From assembly GCA_001949185.1 (NCBI GenBank), contig BDGG01000003.1:66679-130678 (forward strand): a DNA stretch of 64,000 bases, written 5' to 3'. Made by a program: the position numbers and the translations under genes. This DNA comes from Ramazzottius varieornatus (taxonomy: Eukaryota > Animalia > Tardigrada). Below are positions 1 to 12,740 of this stretch, one piece after another (the stretch's first letter is position 1; the number at the start of each line of letters is the position of its first letter). The notes below the pieces were generated by a model. That model did not search any database, had not been told where the DNA came from, and worked only from the letters and a program-made list of their open reading frames with translations.

Positions 1-69
1 GTTTTTCTTGTGTATTCGCTATCGATTGGCTGACTGAACGCTGTTACTGCATGAATTTGTGTTTTTCAG

Positions 70-760
70 ATGAAAAGGTCCGGCTGCTTTCTTCCAACGG
101 TCGTTTTGTCGCCATCGTCACTTCCAAAAACAAGGTTGAAGTTTTCGATTTGGAGAAGTCTTCGGGCGATGTAGTGATGGCCCAAGACGACGACGAAGAA
201 AGCGCGCAGCAGAGAAGGACTTCCTACAGAACAATCCTGCCTTCACAGTCGACCTCCATCGTGACAGCGCTGGCTCTCAGCACTCACAAACAAGCAGATC
301 TTCTACTGGCTTATGCTGATGGTACCGTGGTGACTTTCAACCTTCATACACTGTCATATCAGAGGATAGTGATGGAAGGAGGAAGCGAAGAGGCAGTGAA
401 GGAAGTGGTGGCTTTCACGAACTGTTCGGTTCATGAAGACTTGGCTGTCCTGCATAACTGGAAAGCTGGAGTGCTTCTGGTCAAGGAAGGAAAGATGGGG
501 AAAGTCAAGAAAGAACCAAGCTACGATGAGGTGGGAAATGTGTTCAAACTTCTGGCTAGAAAGATGGTGCTTTTTCAGATTGGAAATTCCCGTTTGTGTT
601 TGTCAACTCGAGTCTGATCTTCTGTTTCTTTTAGAATGTGGTGAGCGTGCTGTCAACGGATGGAGAACTCATCAACGTGATTCAAACTGCAGCCATGATC
701 CACAACCAACTTCCGCCTGCTCTGGCCAAGAAAGTCTTTGGTGTTCAAGTCTTGCGTTGA
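70..760 (+). CDS. UTP4: 3' exons (70-530, 635-760) of a WD40 protein, probably UTP4/cirhin (SSU processome t-UTP subunit); gene starts upstream of the window
   Basis: WD40-like beta strands (LLSSNGRFVAIV...VTALALS...LLLAYADGTV). GT-AG intron at 531-634. Spliced C-terminus ...MIHNQLPPALAKKVFGVQVLR* resembles the cirhin C-terminal LPPP.KKKKFG motif. Confidence 0.6.
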
Positions 761-2545
761 GTTATAAACCTCTGTTTTGCTCGGGATAGTCGAAACTGCT
801 CGTGAGGTTTCCGAGTAGAAGCATTGTGAAGCTCAGTGGATGGCTTTTGTTCGTTGTTGAAACTTGTTGCTGCGGAATTCGGCGATGTGGGAATTCAAAA
901 TTGTGCTGAAGATGAAACTCTGACTCTGAAGTGTTCGTTACTCCATCAAACGACATGCACCGGTATGCAGAATAAACTGCATCTTTGAGCGAAAGGACCT
1001 CCGATTCAAATTTGATTACTTGCTCTAGGATGGCTGACAAACTACTCATAAAGCTCGGATTTGTGGTGTTTTGTTGAATATTCTCTCGTTGGTCCGTTCT
1101 TGCTGTTCTGGATGCTTTCTCGTACGACAGTACCGGTATGTGCTATATCGGGGGTCACAAGCAAGCCACGCTCTGGTCCCAGACAGCCGTTAAAATGAAC
1201 GCCCCAACGGAATGGCAAAACGCTCCTACCTGAGCTAACTGCGTATTTCATGCAGGATTACAGGTCAACACGAACAGACTTAGATTTATTGATAAATGGA
1301 TTTATCGATAAATAGATTTATTGAGCCTCGACAATCTAGTCGACGGCTTCCTCGATCGTCAGAGGATAACGAAACATAAAAATACAGTACTAACAGCTTT
1401 GGCAAGTGGAAGCGATCAAGACTAACTTCAGGGATTGACACAGAGATTACAATCCGAGATCAGGCACCAGAAGGGAAGTGGAAAACTCGCACAACCATAG
1501 CAGGGAGAGCTAACTACCAAACAAGGAATGAGGGAGCGTTCTTTCCGCCTTCGTCCAGGTGCTCACTCGTCCATTTCCATGTCCGACTGGCTCCGTCGTC
1601 CCCGGTTTGATGCTCGAGCTGGTCCACTTCAGAGGCATGATTTGCGAGAGCTCCGCCCAAAAGGCTGGCCTTCCAGCGGAGCTTTAGGATGAACCATAGA
1701 CCGCTTGAGTCATCGTAGAAAGCTGTTCAGGCGTTCTAAAGCCCGTAATTTGGGGAAACTATGGCAAGCCTGAATCTATGGCGGAAAAATCAAAGGATGG
1801 GAACCAAAGTTCAGTCACATCTGACGTAATAAAAAGCGTCTTTCAGCCAAATAATTAACTCAAATTAACTGTAGACTCCGCCCAGACCGGTTACTAGGCC
1901 CATTGAGCAACAGGCAGAAAGGACGGGCCAATAAACCAGCTGCGATTGGGTGGTCAACCTGTCAATGCCAATGGCGGGTATCGGTGGTCAAACATAGCAA
2001 GACCAACGGTTAGCCACTAGTGGTCAATCTACCAAGGTCAATGGTCAACCACCCTGGCGATTGTACCATTGTACGATCATCTACCTTCCTACCTAGTTAC
2101 TCAGCCGCGTCGCTGCCGATCGTACAGCAGGCAGCACGAGTTACGTCATATCCTGTCGGTCGTACCATTGCAAGACCCGCAGGGTCCTGAGACTGCTCAA
2201 TTCTTTGTTAATCAACTGGCTATTTTCGCCATTTGATTCGTAGGTATTCGATTGATCAGACACAAAGTCATTATTCAGCAAAAACTAAAAAGATTGGAAA
2301 AATCCGAAAAAAATCGGGGAATTATCTTGCGAAAAGGATCGTGCTGTCTGGAGCTCGAGCTTCCTCTGATGAGTTTGCGATTCAGAGTCCTCTTGGGTAT
2401 GTTCTCACCCGTTGGAAGGTATGCGTAGTCAAATGGGGCTCGTGTTAGTCGTGTATAAAGATAGGAATTTTGAAACTCGAAAATTTCGAGAATTCACCAA
2501 ATCGCGCCTGTACATGTTATCGGTAGAAATTCGAGAAAATCAGTA

Positions 2546-2709
2546 CACGTGCCTGCCCTAATTGTGGGGATGGACAAAAATGTGTGGAACGGTGCGAAAG
2601 CGGCACGGGCCAGCTGAAGTTGACCAATCAATTAAATCAATCAGAGCACAGCAGCTTTTGCTCCGTTCCCCAAATTTTTGTCCATCCACGCATTTAGAGC
2701 AGGCGCGTG
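2546..2709. mobile_element. MITE of the CACGC-terminal (pogo-like) family
   Basis: About 55-bp imperfect TIRs (CACGTGCCTGCCCTAATTGTGGGGATGGACAAAAAT / ATTTTTGTCCATCCACGCATTTAGAGCAGGCGCGTG). TA on the left flank only. Confidence 0.65.
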
Positions 2710-3279
2710 TTTGGGTACTCCACATTTTTCACAACACACTGCGCATAGGAAATGTTTTTAACATTTCTGTGACATGAGATATGGATTTCTTAGGCTTGAA
2801 CAGTGCACTTCCGCACCGAAAATTTTCGTTTTGTGCGTCTGTAATAAAGGCCTGCACTACCGCTCGGCCCTAGGGTGTCGCGCCTAATATCGTATATCAA
2901 ACCAAACCATCTAAAATAAAATTTGGAAAATTTTAACAAGCAGTCAAGCATTCAAATTGCTCCTCGAGTTAAGAAAAGCATTCGAAAAGAAATAAGTTTT
3001 CTCGACTCACATTGAGGCAAGGCACACTCTTACTGTTGCATTGGACATCGAGTAAAATTTACGATATAATACTACAGAAACGAAGAAAATACTACTGCAA
3101 GAACTGCCGGCCGGAGGCCGGAAGATTTTTAGCATTTTCGTCGGAAAAACAGCGGTCTAGCAGGTAAAAAACGCTTTCTACTCGGAAATCCTTGAGAATA
3201 TGGATCCTTGAGAAACAGCTAACATGAAATCCTCTGCCTCAAACAACTCCAAAGTTTGTCTCCACAACATTCTGCGTAA

Positions 3280-3900
3280 CATCGCCAGATCACTGATTCA
3301 AGCCATGGATCTGCTCACTCGATGGAATCTTTAGCAGCTGTTTTTGGATATCGGCTGATACATCTGACAAAGGCATCAGGCTAAGTTCCGATGCTTAAAA
3401 CAGCACTGCAGGAAGGTTATGTACAGATTGTGCTGTAAATCTACTCGGAAGTTGATTCCTGGATGATACCACGGGACACAGAAGTAACGGACCTACGTCG
3501 CGGCGATGACATAAATTGCTTTGGTTGAAAGTTTCGATTGATCACAAAATTCTGGGCCAAATATTGAGATATTTCATCAAGTGGTGTACGAGAAGACGGA
3601 CCTAACTTTTTCCGCTGGCTGAAACTTTGTACACTGCGTTAAGCATACGTCGCAAGTCTGAAGTGCCTACGACCAGCTCGTTAAGCTGTGCAGAAAGCTT
3701 CAGCCAGTGGTCCAGGTACAGCCCCTTGTACCATCGCGCACGTACAACGCATTCTGGTAGTCCGCTTTGTGCCGCAGTATGAAAACACCTGGTTGGTGAA
3801 AAACATGCACTTAAAGAGCTTACCTAACGGCGTCGACTTAAGACGAATACTTCCGTATCCCACAGTATATCGTGTGTCTTGCAAATTATTTTTTTCTTGA
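3280..3900 (+). pseudogene. Possible heavily decayed hAT transposase remnant
   Basis: Translated fragments RSLIQAMDLLTRWNL (cf. hAT LIQDVxTRWNS) and WLVKN...LRRILPYPTVYRVSCKLFFS (cf. hAT dimerisation W..LARRILSIPATS..SERxFS), in the expected order. Many stops, no termini found. Confidence 0.3.
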
Positions 3901-6327
3901 ATACGTTCACTGTACAAACTGTGGAGGAAGCTTTCTCCTATCGTCCTGTAATATCACAACATTCAGGGGCGTGTAGTGAACTTCACACGTTGCAATATTG
4001 AGACGCTGGCAACAGAAACGAAGTAAATGGACTCGAAAACAAATCTGCTACACCAACCAGCCGAAGAAGTTTTTTTCGAAATTTTCTTGAAAATTTCGGT
4101 GGTGACCACCTGGGCACTAGTGATAGCAAAAATTTGAGTGAACTCAGAAGAAATATTTCCCCAGCTGTTCAGAACGGCGATATCAGAAGTGCGGAAACCC
4201 GGTTCTAAAGCTGATTGGAACAAACGACAGGAACATCGACACCCTCGTTCCTGCTCATAAATGGCAAGCGAGCACCTTAGGACATCATTTGATTGTCGCT
4301 CTTTCCGTGCGTATGACGATCATCGTCTGTTTCAGCCAATCTTGCAATCAATGCTGGGGGACTATGGAAAGTATATCAACTCTGACCCCGCTATCCCCGT
4401 CCAGTTTCCAGCGGTGGAAGCAGTGGTAGGCACTCTGGATACCATGCTGGACACCACGTCTAGGGTGGAAAGGTGGAAATTTCTATATCAGAAGAGCTCC
4501 AGGGTGGAAAAAAAGACCCCAAAGACACCTCTACTGCAGGCGTGCTCAAATAGGTTGGGCGCGACCCAAACCATGGTCGAGTCGCACCCACCCTACTCTC
4601 AAATGAGCCGTCGGCAGAGTAAGTCACGAAATTCAAGTCTGTGGGCCGCCGTTGATGCTGAGAAAATCTGAGAGATGACTCCGGCGCCACGCGCTAATGT
4701 ACGTGGGACAGGGCGGAGTTACGGTGTGAATTGCGAACTCGCTCGCCGGCCCATGGAGCGGATTGAAGTCACATGACACCTGACTTACTCTGCCCACGGC
4801 CCAAATATTCAGCAGACATCGTATCACGATTTCCTATGCGCAGTTTACTGCTGCTGTTTCGGTGTATCGAAAGATACCGCTTGAAATTTTGTACTGTAAA
4901 GTTTCAATTCTGTGCGGAATGTTTTATTATTTCCGGCAACGCGATTTTGAACACTGCATCCATTTGTCAAGTCGTGAGAAGGAAAGAAAAGTCGCACGAG
5001 CCACCGCAGGCTGCAGTGCATCAGAGCAGGACCACCTAGATTACCAGGCCGACCGAGCTAATTAAAATGGATTTTATCGCTAAAATCTCAGCTGCAAAAT
5101 AGTACCACTCTACCACGCCTTTCTGCTACCGCTATAGGCTGTAGAACTGGTCCAGAACGTTAAATAAACAAAAAAACACGAATGCGGTGTAGGGCTTTGT
5201 CTTCCTTCTTACCACTGACCAGAGAGAACGTGCAGCTGAAACTTTCTTACTTGCACTTTCAAGTGGTTCAGTATAAACACTATAAGCAATCTGTCATGCA
5301 TCATGTAAATGAGAAAGATGTAGAAAAATTAAAGGGCTATCGAATGAATGTAAGTTTGTGGGACTGACTGGCAGTAAACGGCAAAGAGCCGTTCACTGTC
5401 CCTTGACCGCTCGCAGCATGGACGCAGAACTACTCGCAACACCCCAACTGTATAAGCTTGGTGGTGGCGAAATGGTCTAACATTGCATCCACATTGTTAG
5501 GCTTTGCCTTTATCTTTTCAATTTTTTTAAACTGTCTCGTATGAACGTCTCCCTCAGTACAACATCACCATGTCGTTGGTCCATTCTGTAATACTTTTTG
5601 GTAATTTCTCGGTCCTAAAAAATGCCTCTTTTGCTTCTGCTAACTCATATCTATATTACGTGCTAAGGAATAAAATTGAGGATGACTTAGCCACGTGCCA
5701 AAGACGTCAAACTACTCATCCGAAAATTTTGAATTTCAAGTTTTGCGTTGGGGGCTTGGCCTTAATATGCACCGTACAGCTCCAACTCACTCCCAACCAA
5801 GTTTTTTTGCTATACACATATATATATTAATATATGCAGCTAGCCATGGCTATTGCAAGACAGCCTTACGCTAATTCGGGCTTCCCTCGAAACCCAAAAA
5901 CCTTTATGGATCCCCGACCCTTTCCTTCTTTTCGATACTTACCATATTTAAACCTTCACCATGCGATGTTAACGATGCATTTATGATTTAACAGTATAAG
6001 CCAGGTCAGATTCCGACTGCAACAGTGCTGTATTACCGGTATTAGGGACCTTGCGCGCCAGCCAGAATTTTACTACGAACGGTGAAATTTCACGACGAAG
6101 AACTTCACGTTCCTCGTCGACGTAAAATTTGATTTTGGCTCTTGCGAGAAAAACTTTACGAACGGTGGACATCAACCAGCGGCACGCTCCGTGTCCGCCG
6201 AACGCTGCCGGTTGATTTGACTACTTTTGTTCCCAGAAGTAGCTAGATGGAATTTATTTTCTAGTTCGAATTTCAAACGAGTAATCTGCTCCTACAGGCA
6301 TTGCTTCTTTTAATTCCCACCTCCATC

Positions 6328-7449
6328 ATGGAGCATGAGATGTTATTGACTGCTTATGGTCTGGGTATCATCGATAAAGAAGAGTTGATCATCTGCACGG
6401 CATCTGGTGCTGAAGAGCGGAACCTTCCGCGAACAACGGTCGACTTGGACAACATGACGCTGAAGCAGTGCAGGGAGAATTTCCGGTTTGAGATGGATGA
6501 TCTGGAGCGCTTGTGTACTGTTTTTCGCATTCCTGACACGGTTACGCTGGGCAATGGAATAAAGTGCAGTGGAATGGAAATCTTGTGCGTGGTGCTAAGG
6601 CGACTTGCCTATCCGTCCCGACTGTGTGACATAGAAGAATTACATGGGAAGGAAGAAACGGCGCTTTCTCGCATGTTTAACTGCGGTATCCACTACATCC
6701 ATGATCAATTCGCCCATCTCCTGGACACTCTAGACCATCCCTGGCTGGACAACAACAAGCTACGTGAATGTGCGCAAGTCGTACAGGGAAAGGGAGCTCC
6801 ATACGACAAATGTATTGGGTTTATTGACGGGACAGTGTGTGCTGTTGCAAGGTACGGCCTAACCAAAATTTCAGTCGATACTGTTTATGTTAACCTAATT
6901 TTTACCTTTCTGTTTTTGTATTCTGGTAGACCTTCGCGGCTCCAGCGACACCTCTACAATGGCCACAAGCGAAAGCATGGTTTAAAGTATCAAGCTGTGG
7001 GTTTGCCAAACGGTCTGATTGCCCATCTTGCGGGTCCTATCGTCGGAAAGAGGCACGACTGGAAGATGTAGCAAGAAAGTAACCTAATCGACCAGCTGAA
7101 ACGGAAACGAGAGGATGCAGACTGGAAATTCTACATCTATGGCGATCACGGATATACCTCCACTCGTGAGCTTATAGCACCTTTTCGCTCTGTTACCAAC
7201 CAGGCCGAGGCTGACTTAAACTACGTAATGAGTAGGCTGCGCGTGTCTGTTGAATGGATGTTTGGAAAATTTTGTGTACTATGGGCCTTTCTTGATCTCC
7301 CTAAGAACCAGAAAGTGCTTCTGCAACCCGTTGGACTGTACTTTGGAGTGGCCTTTCTGCTTAAAAATGCCCATATTTGTCTGTACGAAAGCCAGACTGG
7401 CCAGTACTTTGGTCTAAGTGCCCCAACCTTGGAGGGATATTTTTACTGA
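6328..7449 (+). pseudogene. DDE_Tnp_4 (Harbinger-type) transposase with one intron (6852-6929) and a premature stop at 7069-7071
   Basis: Motifs LRRLAYPSRL, CIGFIDGT, YNGHKRKHGLKYQ, G.RHD, IYGDHGY, MSRLRVSVEWMFG. Frame is continuous across the TAG. Confidence 0.9.
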
Positions 7450-7518
7450 TTTATTTTATTCTTACATTTCTATCACGAGCAGGTGGCAAGATTTATTGTA
7501 ATCATCGGTAAATGTAAG

Positions 7519-8818
7519 CTAGTAATTGAAACTCTGCGGGTAGTTTACTGAGTTGTTCTTCGGCAAGAGTTGCAAGAGAGCAGAAACGATGTTATTTTCC
7601 AAACTAGATTTACTTTGCTTCTCCAGTTCCAGTTGCATTTCCAGTTCTAGTTTTCTCATGTTGAATTCATGCTCCAACTTGACATTGTTTTCCTGCATTT
7701 CTTGCTCTTTTTAGCGAATTTCGCGATCCTTCTCTCGCTCAGCAATTTCCATCTTGGCAATCACCAGCTTGGTCCGTAGCTCCGCATCTTTGATCTCTCG
7801 ATCAACTAAAATATGCTCGTCAAACTAACTATAAAAATATTAACACTGCAACTCCGAAATGAACTGGTCACGGGACAAAGTGGTGCCGACACCACGTTGT
7901 TCTGTCCATCGATAGATCAATTTGATAGAGAGTTATGCACCTTTCATTTTGTTGTCCATCATTCTTTCAGTCGCGTTGACACGAAGTCTCTTTTTTCCGG
8001 GCTCGATTCGCGCTGTTGTTTTCTACTTCTGAGCACCATCAGCGTTTCCATCGTTCTTCCCATCCGTATTGCCTTCGTCTTTGTTGGAAACATCAGCTCC
8101 GTCTTCCTCTTCTGCTTGACGGTTGTCGCGGTTGATTCCAAAATCCAACAGGAACTCTCTTTCTTCATCAGCTTTCCCGTCCTGAACACCTTCGAAAATG
8201 TCTTCATCTGTAATGCAAAACGTGATTAAAAATTGGATTTATTTTGCGCGCAGTAAAATAAAAGCAAAAAAAGTCGCTTGATTGAATTACTTGATTTGGT
8301 GACTCACCATCTGTTCGCTTTCGCTTCATGATTAGAAGTGCCTTCTGCTGGATGGACTTCACCTCATCCGCCTCTACCTCCTCCTTCTCTTCTTCTGCTT
8401 GAGAACGTTCTTTACTCTTGTTCTGGTCATTGATAATGCCGACGATCAGATGTTCCGCTTCGGAGAGAGGGTCAGTTGCTCCTCCGCCGGTCGTGTTGAT
8501 TTCTTTGTTGACTTTGGCCGTTCTCTCTCTGATCAGCTTCTTGAGGCGATCCTTTATGTTGCGTTCATTACGAGATCCGACTTTCAGCTTGTGGACAGTG
8601 ATCAACTCATTAGAATCGTTTCCCATTTCCCATATCTTCTTGCTCTTGTGCGTTGAAACGGAATACGGATTATGGGCCTTGATTTCGTTAAGGATAAGCA
8701 GGTCCAGTTTATCCATGTCGCTGACTTCCGCCGATTTCTCGGTCGTTCCAGGAACAGCTGCTGCCTTCTTGCGTCCAGTTCTACCTTGTTGTGTAGTGGA
8801 GGTTCCAGAAGAAGCCAT
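7519..8818 (-). pseudogene. Accessory protein of transposon 1 (Myb/SANT-like N-terminus, acidic linker, coiled coil); two introns, two in-frame stops
   Basis: LDLLILNEIKAHNPY...KIWE...RNIKDRLKKL...TGGG trihelix-like motif. Introns about 8208-8307 and 7807-7940. Stops near 8023 and 7712. Convergent with the transposase inside the TIRs. Confidence 0.75.
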
Positions 8819-9622
8819 CTTGGAGACAGATAATCGAAATAGTGCCCAAAAATGTCAGAATGTGTAAAGAAGCGGACTAAATCAAAATTATCAAAATAAA
8901 TCTGATATCTGCTGTTCGAACGGCGGCAGAGTATCCCGGATCAATTGTACTGTACGAACACCAGGGGAGCATGGATGTACGGCAGAATTTACTGCAGGTA
9001 AATATTTGCGAAGCAGTCAACGTCGTGAAATTTTAACGTTACGAAGCGAGAGGGCCTTCGTCGTCATTTTGCCACCGTCACGAAGCTCGCCCAACGTAAT
9101 TTACGTCGCGCTCGGTGATGACTCATCGCTCAACGTAAAATTTGAACGTTCGTCGTGAAATTCTGGCTGGCACGCAAGGAGCCTATTGCTGATACCGATG
9201 TCACTGAAACTCCATGCAGCGATACGTAGCTTCTGAATACTGCACTGTGCCCATAGGTGACTACATTGTAAGTGCACGATACACCGAGTAAGTGCGCCGG
9301 CTACATAATAATACCAACATAAATTTTCCAGATGCAATGACTTCGACATCATGAGCGATGTATTGATATCTCCCCGAAAAATGTGTCCAGTCGGCCGGAT
9401 GCGAAAAAGTTGACGTGGAAAAGCAGTAGGTCCTTACTTATTTCCTGTGGATATCGTCCAAGATCACACCATCAGACGTAACACTGGTTCGACACTGGAT
9501 ACCGAATTACAATCGGACACAATTGGGGGATATTTTTAAAAATCTGTTGTTAGGTACAGACGACACCGTTCCGGACCTGAATCTGATCAACTGATTCAAC
9601 TCTGGTATTTGGTGGATACGTA

Positions 9623-10311
9623 TCGGGTGGCGCCGCCAAATTGACACAAACTTTCATCGTTTCTCACTCATCAGTCTATTGCAAGTACCCAACTCGGGAT
9701 ATACCGTTTGATAGAAAAACATTCAAGTATCAAAAAAAGTTCGATCACGTGATTTTCGGAAATTTAATTTGACAGAAGAGGTCCACTCTGCGAAATTCTA
9801 GCCTTTTTGTTTCGTGAATTTCGGCTAGCTCCTTGAAAACTCTGTTTTATACTTGATATACGGTAGAGAAGGAGAATTTGTCTCATGATGAGAGTGTATC
9901 TTTCACATCCGAACCATTACCAGTCATTAAAATGGTTTATTTTCCTACTTTCCCTTTTGAGTAGTCAAACCACAACTTTAGATGGTTTTGGGTACACAAA
10001 TTTTTGCATTGTTGTCTACGATAGATATTTCTGCGTTGCCATCATGACGAAGTTCAGATTTAGTTTGTAACCGTAGCAATTGTGCCAGCTGAAAGCATGG
10101 TTTTCCTTTTGTGAAAATGCTACACCGTTGGCAAGACGTGTGGCTTTCGCTTGTACATAAAACCAGTCAGCGCATTTGCCAAAGAACTGCTTTCGTACTC
10201 CAGTAGATCAATGCCTGGACTACATGGTATAACTAAAATGAAAATCTTTCTTGAGTGCTGGTTTCAATGGGAGTGTCAAAAAGTTGGTGTCCATTAGGCG
10301 GCGCCACTCGA
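9623..10311. mobile_element. Non-autonomous Tc1/mariner-type element
   Basis: About 30-bp TIRs TCGRGTGGCGCCGCCWAATKGACACMAACTTT, flanked by TA at 9621-9622 and 10312-10313. Confidence 0.8.
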
Positions 10312-10621
10312 TATATAATTATAATGATAGCTGCTCAGTAATTATTAGACCTGTTTCGCAAGTCATGTTTTCGCATTGCACAGCATATGTATAGGTTTTA
10401 TGCTGTGCAGCTATCCACGGCTTATGTTTTGCCTAATATCGCTGCACAGAATTTCAAAAAATGCACAAATTCTGTGCAAGTTGAGTTGATTGCCGTATTG
10501 ACCAGTTACGTTTCAAATTCGAAATTTCAAATTTCATTTCTCGTCCTGTTTTCCATTTTCCTTCTTTTGTCAAGAAATACCTTCCGTTGCTTACGCTTCT
10601 CGGGACTCATCAGCCGTCAAA

Positions 10622-11715
10622 ATGTCGGACAGCGAAAGCGGGAGCCAGAAGGAGAGAGATGATTCCCAGCCAAGCCGGAGATGTAGATTTGCCTACAAGC
10701 CGTGTCATGTGATTGCTCTTCTCCGTCAAGTGGCCGCCGAAAATCCATTCCAGTATGCCAGCGGATCTGCTCAGGACAAAGCATGGGAGTCTATACGAGC
10801 TGCCTTGAAGGAAGCAGGGATTAAAGGCCAGGCACGAAGCAACTTTCTGAAAGTGAGGAAGCTGTTGGATGATCAAGACAAGAACATGAGCAAGCTTCCA
10901 AAGTCTGGTACGGAGGAACAGTATACAGAGTTGAAGCAGCTGCTGGAAGAACTCGCCTTCCTGCGAAAGGAAGAAGCCAGACATCACGCCGAAGAAGCTG
11001 CAAAAGCGCCAGCTGTCCCTGCTGCGAAGAAGTCAAGCCGAAAAGCTAGGGGAGTCACGGAGGTCCAGCAGGGGAAGAACATTCGAGATGCTTCGATGAA
11101 CATGATGAAACGACGTCGAGGTAAGGTTCAATCTTGACTACTGTTGCTTACCCAGGTGAAGTGGCGCATTTTTCTGGTTTGTTAACCGGATACTTGCGCA
11201 AGTGATACTTTTGCATTCTCACGGCGTCTACTTGCAGGAAAGCTTGGTTCTTCGAGTGATGACGGAGATGCGGACGGGGAAGAGGAACACGAAATCAATG
11301 GCCATATGGGAGTCAACACACGCAATCCGAACCGAAAAGCGGAACACGGGGAAGACGATGCTGATCGTTTCAAACGATACAGGCCACCGACCGGGAGCGA
11401 TAGACTGGTTGACGTTCTGTCGGCTTCTGCCAAGACCGAACAAGAGTACGGTACCATGAAGTTAGATTTGCAGAACCGTCAGCTGGCATGTCAGGAGGCT
11501 CAGTCAGAGAGGAAGCTGCTGCTTTAAGAATTCGAGAGCTGGAGGTCGAAACCATCAAGACTGAAGCTCGTATCAAAAGCGATCAAGAAAAAGACGCGTT
11601 ACTAGCCTCAGTGCTGAGGCGTATGATGGACAAGCGGAGGATTGCGGAGAAAAGCCTGAGAAACGATATTGCTGTACAGACAGGCATGGCAGTTCATCAA
11701 GATGGTCCCTACTAA
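10622..11715 (+). pseudogene. Accessory Myb/SANT-like + coiled-coil protein of transposon 2; intron 11121-11237, frameshift near 11505
   Basis: ALLRQVAAENPF...KAWESI...KSGTEEQYTELKQLLEEL motif. Spliced frame runs into ORF 11306 and then shifts into ORF 11488. Confidence 0.75.
11158..11205. repeat. Spaced palindrome copy A (26-nt spacer, degenerate right arm)
   Basis: GAAGTGGCGCA-N26-TGCGCAAGTGA in intron 11121-11237. Confidence 0.5.
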
Positions 11716-12740
11716 ATAGTAAACAGCGACTGGCTGGGAGTATACTCGTAGGTTCTTTTTAAAGTCCAGAAAAGTTCTTTTTCAAGTCTTGTTGACGATA
11801 TTTCCAAACCCCCACTCGACATCTTGCCTGACGCCGGCCATACGGGTATTCCATGCTTGCTGGTCTGCGGTGACTCTTACTCCCCCGAAAGGACTGAGCG
11901 AGTATCTGGACATAGGGTAGGCAGGATCTCCATAAAGGCTGTAGCAACTTCCGTCCGGTCTGTTGAATGCAGCTCGTAGGTCGGTCAGGAGTCCACTCTC
12001 GCAAAGAATGCCTGCATCGTGCCTACATCCTTCCATAGACTCAAAGAGATGCCCGATTATCCCGTTCGGATACATTAAAAACTGGAACTTGATACCGTGT
12101 TGTCGTTTGTGGCCGCTGAAAGCTGCCTTTTGACTTCGAGAGGGACGACAAGTAGGTCTCATGGTCCCGTCGATGAACCCAACACAAGTTTCCAGCGGAG
12201 CTCCCCGTGCTGTGATCTTGGAAGTAAAGGTCGTAAGGGTGTTTCCGTTCATCCAAGGGTGAATTATAGCTGCAAATCACCAACCGGCAATGACCGAACA
12301 AAGTGAAATAGGATCTGGTATCGCGCGGGCTACCCGCTTGTCCTTTCCCGCAGCTTACCTCTCAACAAATGACCATGTTCTCGGTGAATCAACATAACGG
12401 TGTGATTAAAAATCCTGCTGAAGGAAGGAGAAGACCGCTTTATCAGTCGTTTGCTTTCGAAGAGTCGGTTAGGTGATACGAAGCGACGCAGTACGATGCA
12501 GATTGCTTTCAGTCCGGTAGCTCGATCCCTTTCAGGTGTGTAAACAACGTCCGGAATTCGCAGAGCCAGCCGAAGTCGTTCCAGGTACAGCTTGTCGAAC
12601 CTAAACCATTTCTGGGCGCTAGTCTGCGATATGCGACTGAAGTCGAACTTTCTGCGGGGACGAGCTTTCAGCCGGAACTTCAGCAATCCAGCAGCCATTC
12701 CGATAGCCACAAGCCTCTTTAGCTTGTAGTGTGGAGCCAT
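11608..12740 (-). pseudogene. DDE_Tnp_4 transposase of transposon 2; intron 12270-12358, frameshift and premature stop (11782)
   Basis: LRRFVSPNRL, CVGFIDGT, FSGHKRQHGIKFQ, GCRHD, LYGDPAY, VEWGFG, then FLDFKKNL...NCHACLY after the stop. Homologous to the element 1 transposase. Confidence 0.9.

Larger units (their letters stand above)
6044..9184. mobile_element. PIF/Harbinger-superfamily (Pangu-like) DNA transposon 1, full length, decayed
   Basis: TIRs AGGGACCTTGCGCGCCAGCCAGAATTTTACTACGAACG (6044-) and revcomp AGGCTCCTTGCGTGCCAGCCAGAATTTCACGACGAACG (-9184). ATT direct repeats at 6041-6043 and 9185-9187. Subterminal AAATTTYACGACGAA-like repeats at both ends. Two convergent genes inside. Confidence 0.9.

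Noticed and set aside
1500-1800. Minus-strand FPKLRALE LRR-like fragment
   Set aside because: Too short and interrupted by stops.
4261-4671. 136-aa ORF
   Set aside because: No motif, splice context or homology recognisable.
6042-9186. Alternative reading of element 1 as TA- or TTA-flanked
   Set aside because: The right flank is not TTA, and element 2 independently shows ATT on both sides, which favours ATT.
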